Part shown: positions 63,213 through 64,000 of the stretch, in pieces
Layout: the number at the start of each line of letters is the position of its first letter
Numbering within the stretch: the first letter of the stretch is position 1
DNA from: Tubulanus polymorphus
Taxonomy: Eukaryota > Animalia > Nemertea
NCBI RefSeq assembly: GCF_964204645.1
Contig: NC_134029.1
Coordinates: forward strand, 15,866,950 to 15,930,949
Length of the DNA stretch: 64,000 nucleotides
Direction: 5' to 3'
Notes under the pieces: generated by a model
The model's input: only the letters and a program-made list of their open reading frames with translations
Database searches by the model: none
Told to the model about the DNA's origin: nothing
Program-made: the position numbers and the translations under genes

Positions 63213-64000
63213 TGTGTAAAAAAAATGTGTCCATGTCTTTTGTGTCAAGGCTTCATTCATCAAGATGAGAGTGTGATAGAGTGAGAATTATTTACTGTAA
63301 GCTGGCGCACTCTTTGGGTGTTTGTGAAATCACAGTTGAATTCCTGGAGGTGTTGTCAGTCTCTAGAATTCTGCCATGTAGACAGGATATTCTGTGTTTT
63401 TGAAATAAAGTTTCCTGTACGTATGCAAAAAACTTAATCTTATTTAGGTAAGTTGTTTTACGTAGATATCATATAATTAATGTTGATGCTGTATTTGTAG
63501 GCCTTGTCATTGAAATTAGATGTGTTTAATGGAATTGTTGAAATTCCTTTATGAAATCAAATTTCCCGCCATTTCTGTATGCTAATTGAGTAGGTTAGAA
63601 AGTGGTCTCCTATCAGAATATTGTAATGTAAATATCTATCTAATGTTTGAAAATAGAGTTATAAATAAGTCCAAAGAGCTGATCAATAAGTGTGATATAT
63701 AATATGTAAGTTACTTTATTGTTTCGAGGACAATTTAGAGAAGATGTTGTGAGATACCGTTGTTTTAGTATCGAGATAAAACGTATATAAGTTAAATAGA
63801 TACTGGAGGTTGTCAGTCTTTAGAATTCTGCCATGTAGGCAGGATATTCTGTGTTTTTGAAATAAAGTTTCCTGTATATATACAAAAAACTTAATCTTAT
63901 TTAGATTAACTTATGCGATCGGTAACTCGAGAGAAGAAACGGCTGGTCAACTGCCACGGCAGTTGGTAGTTGTCTGTTGGTAGCAGTCTCCCCGGTCAAA
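63213..64000 (+). repeat. 3' LTR of the second Gypsy element (incomplete, window end)
   Basis: Follows the PPT; matches the 5' LTR with visible divergence. Confidence 0.85.

Larger units (their letters stand above)
52484..64000 (+). mobile_element. Decayed Gypsy LTR retrotransposon in a PFAS intron (antisense to PFAS), with nested insertions
   Basis: 5' LTR at about 52484-53285 ending in TGTGACA; PBS TGGCACCCGGTATGGGAC (tRNA-Arg-like); pol remnants; PPT AGGGGAGGGG at 63201; 3' LTR from about 63213 to the window end. Confidence 0.88.

Overview
Eukaryotic (metazoan, probably marine invertebrate) genomic DNA dominated by nested mobile elements, plus one host gene. From left to right: (1) a decayed AT-rich Polinton/Maverick (adintovirus-type) segment on the minus strand (pPolB N-terminus, packaging ATPase, chromodomain integrase, HNH-type gene), broken by a MITE and a 5'-intact LINE. 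(2) A young full-length Gypsy/Ty3 LTR retrotransposon (13544-25904; about 1.4 kb near-identical LTRs, tRNA-Leu PBS, a -1 frameshift signal between gag and pol). In the env position it carries an apparently spliced zinc-finger/coiled-coil ORF3 whose ATG would be created by splicing from a donor inside the LTR, and this ORF3 is interrupted by a CR1/L2-type LINE. (3) A MULE transposase split by a complete Harbinger transposon (CTG TSD). (4) A second Polinton segment that shares an upstream motif with the first. (5) The 3' portion of the intron-rich host gene PFAS (FGAM synthase) on the minus strand. Its introns hold MITEs, a piggyBac derivative, a Penelope fragment with a hammerhead-like motif, a 541-bp triplication and a second, decayed Gypsy element containing LINE and Copia fragments. 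All calls are from manual reading; no searches were run.
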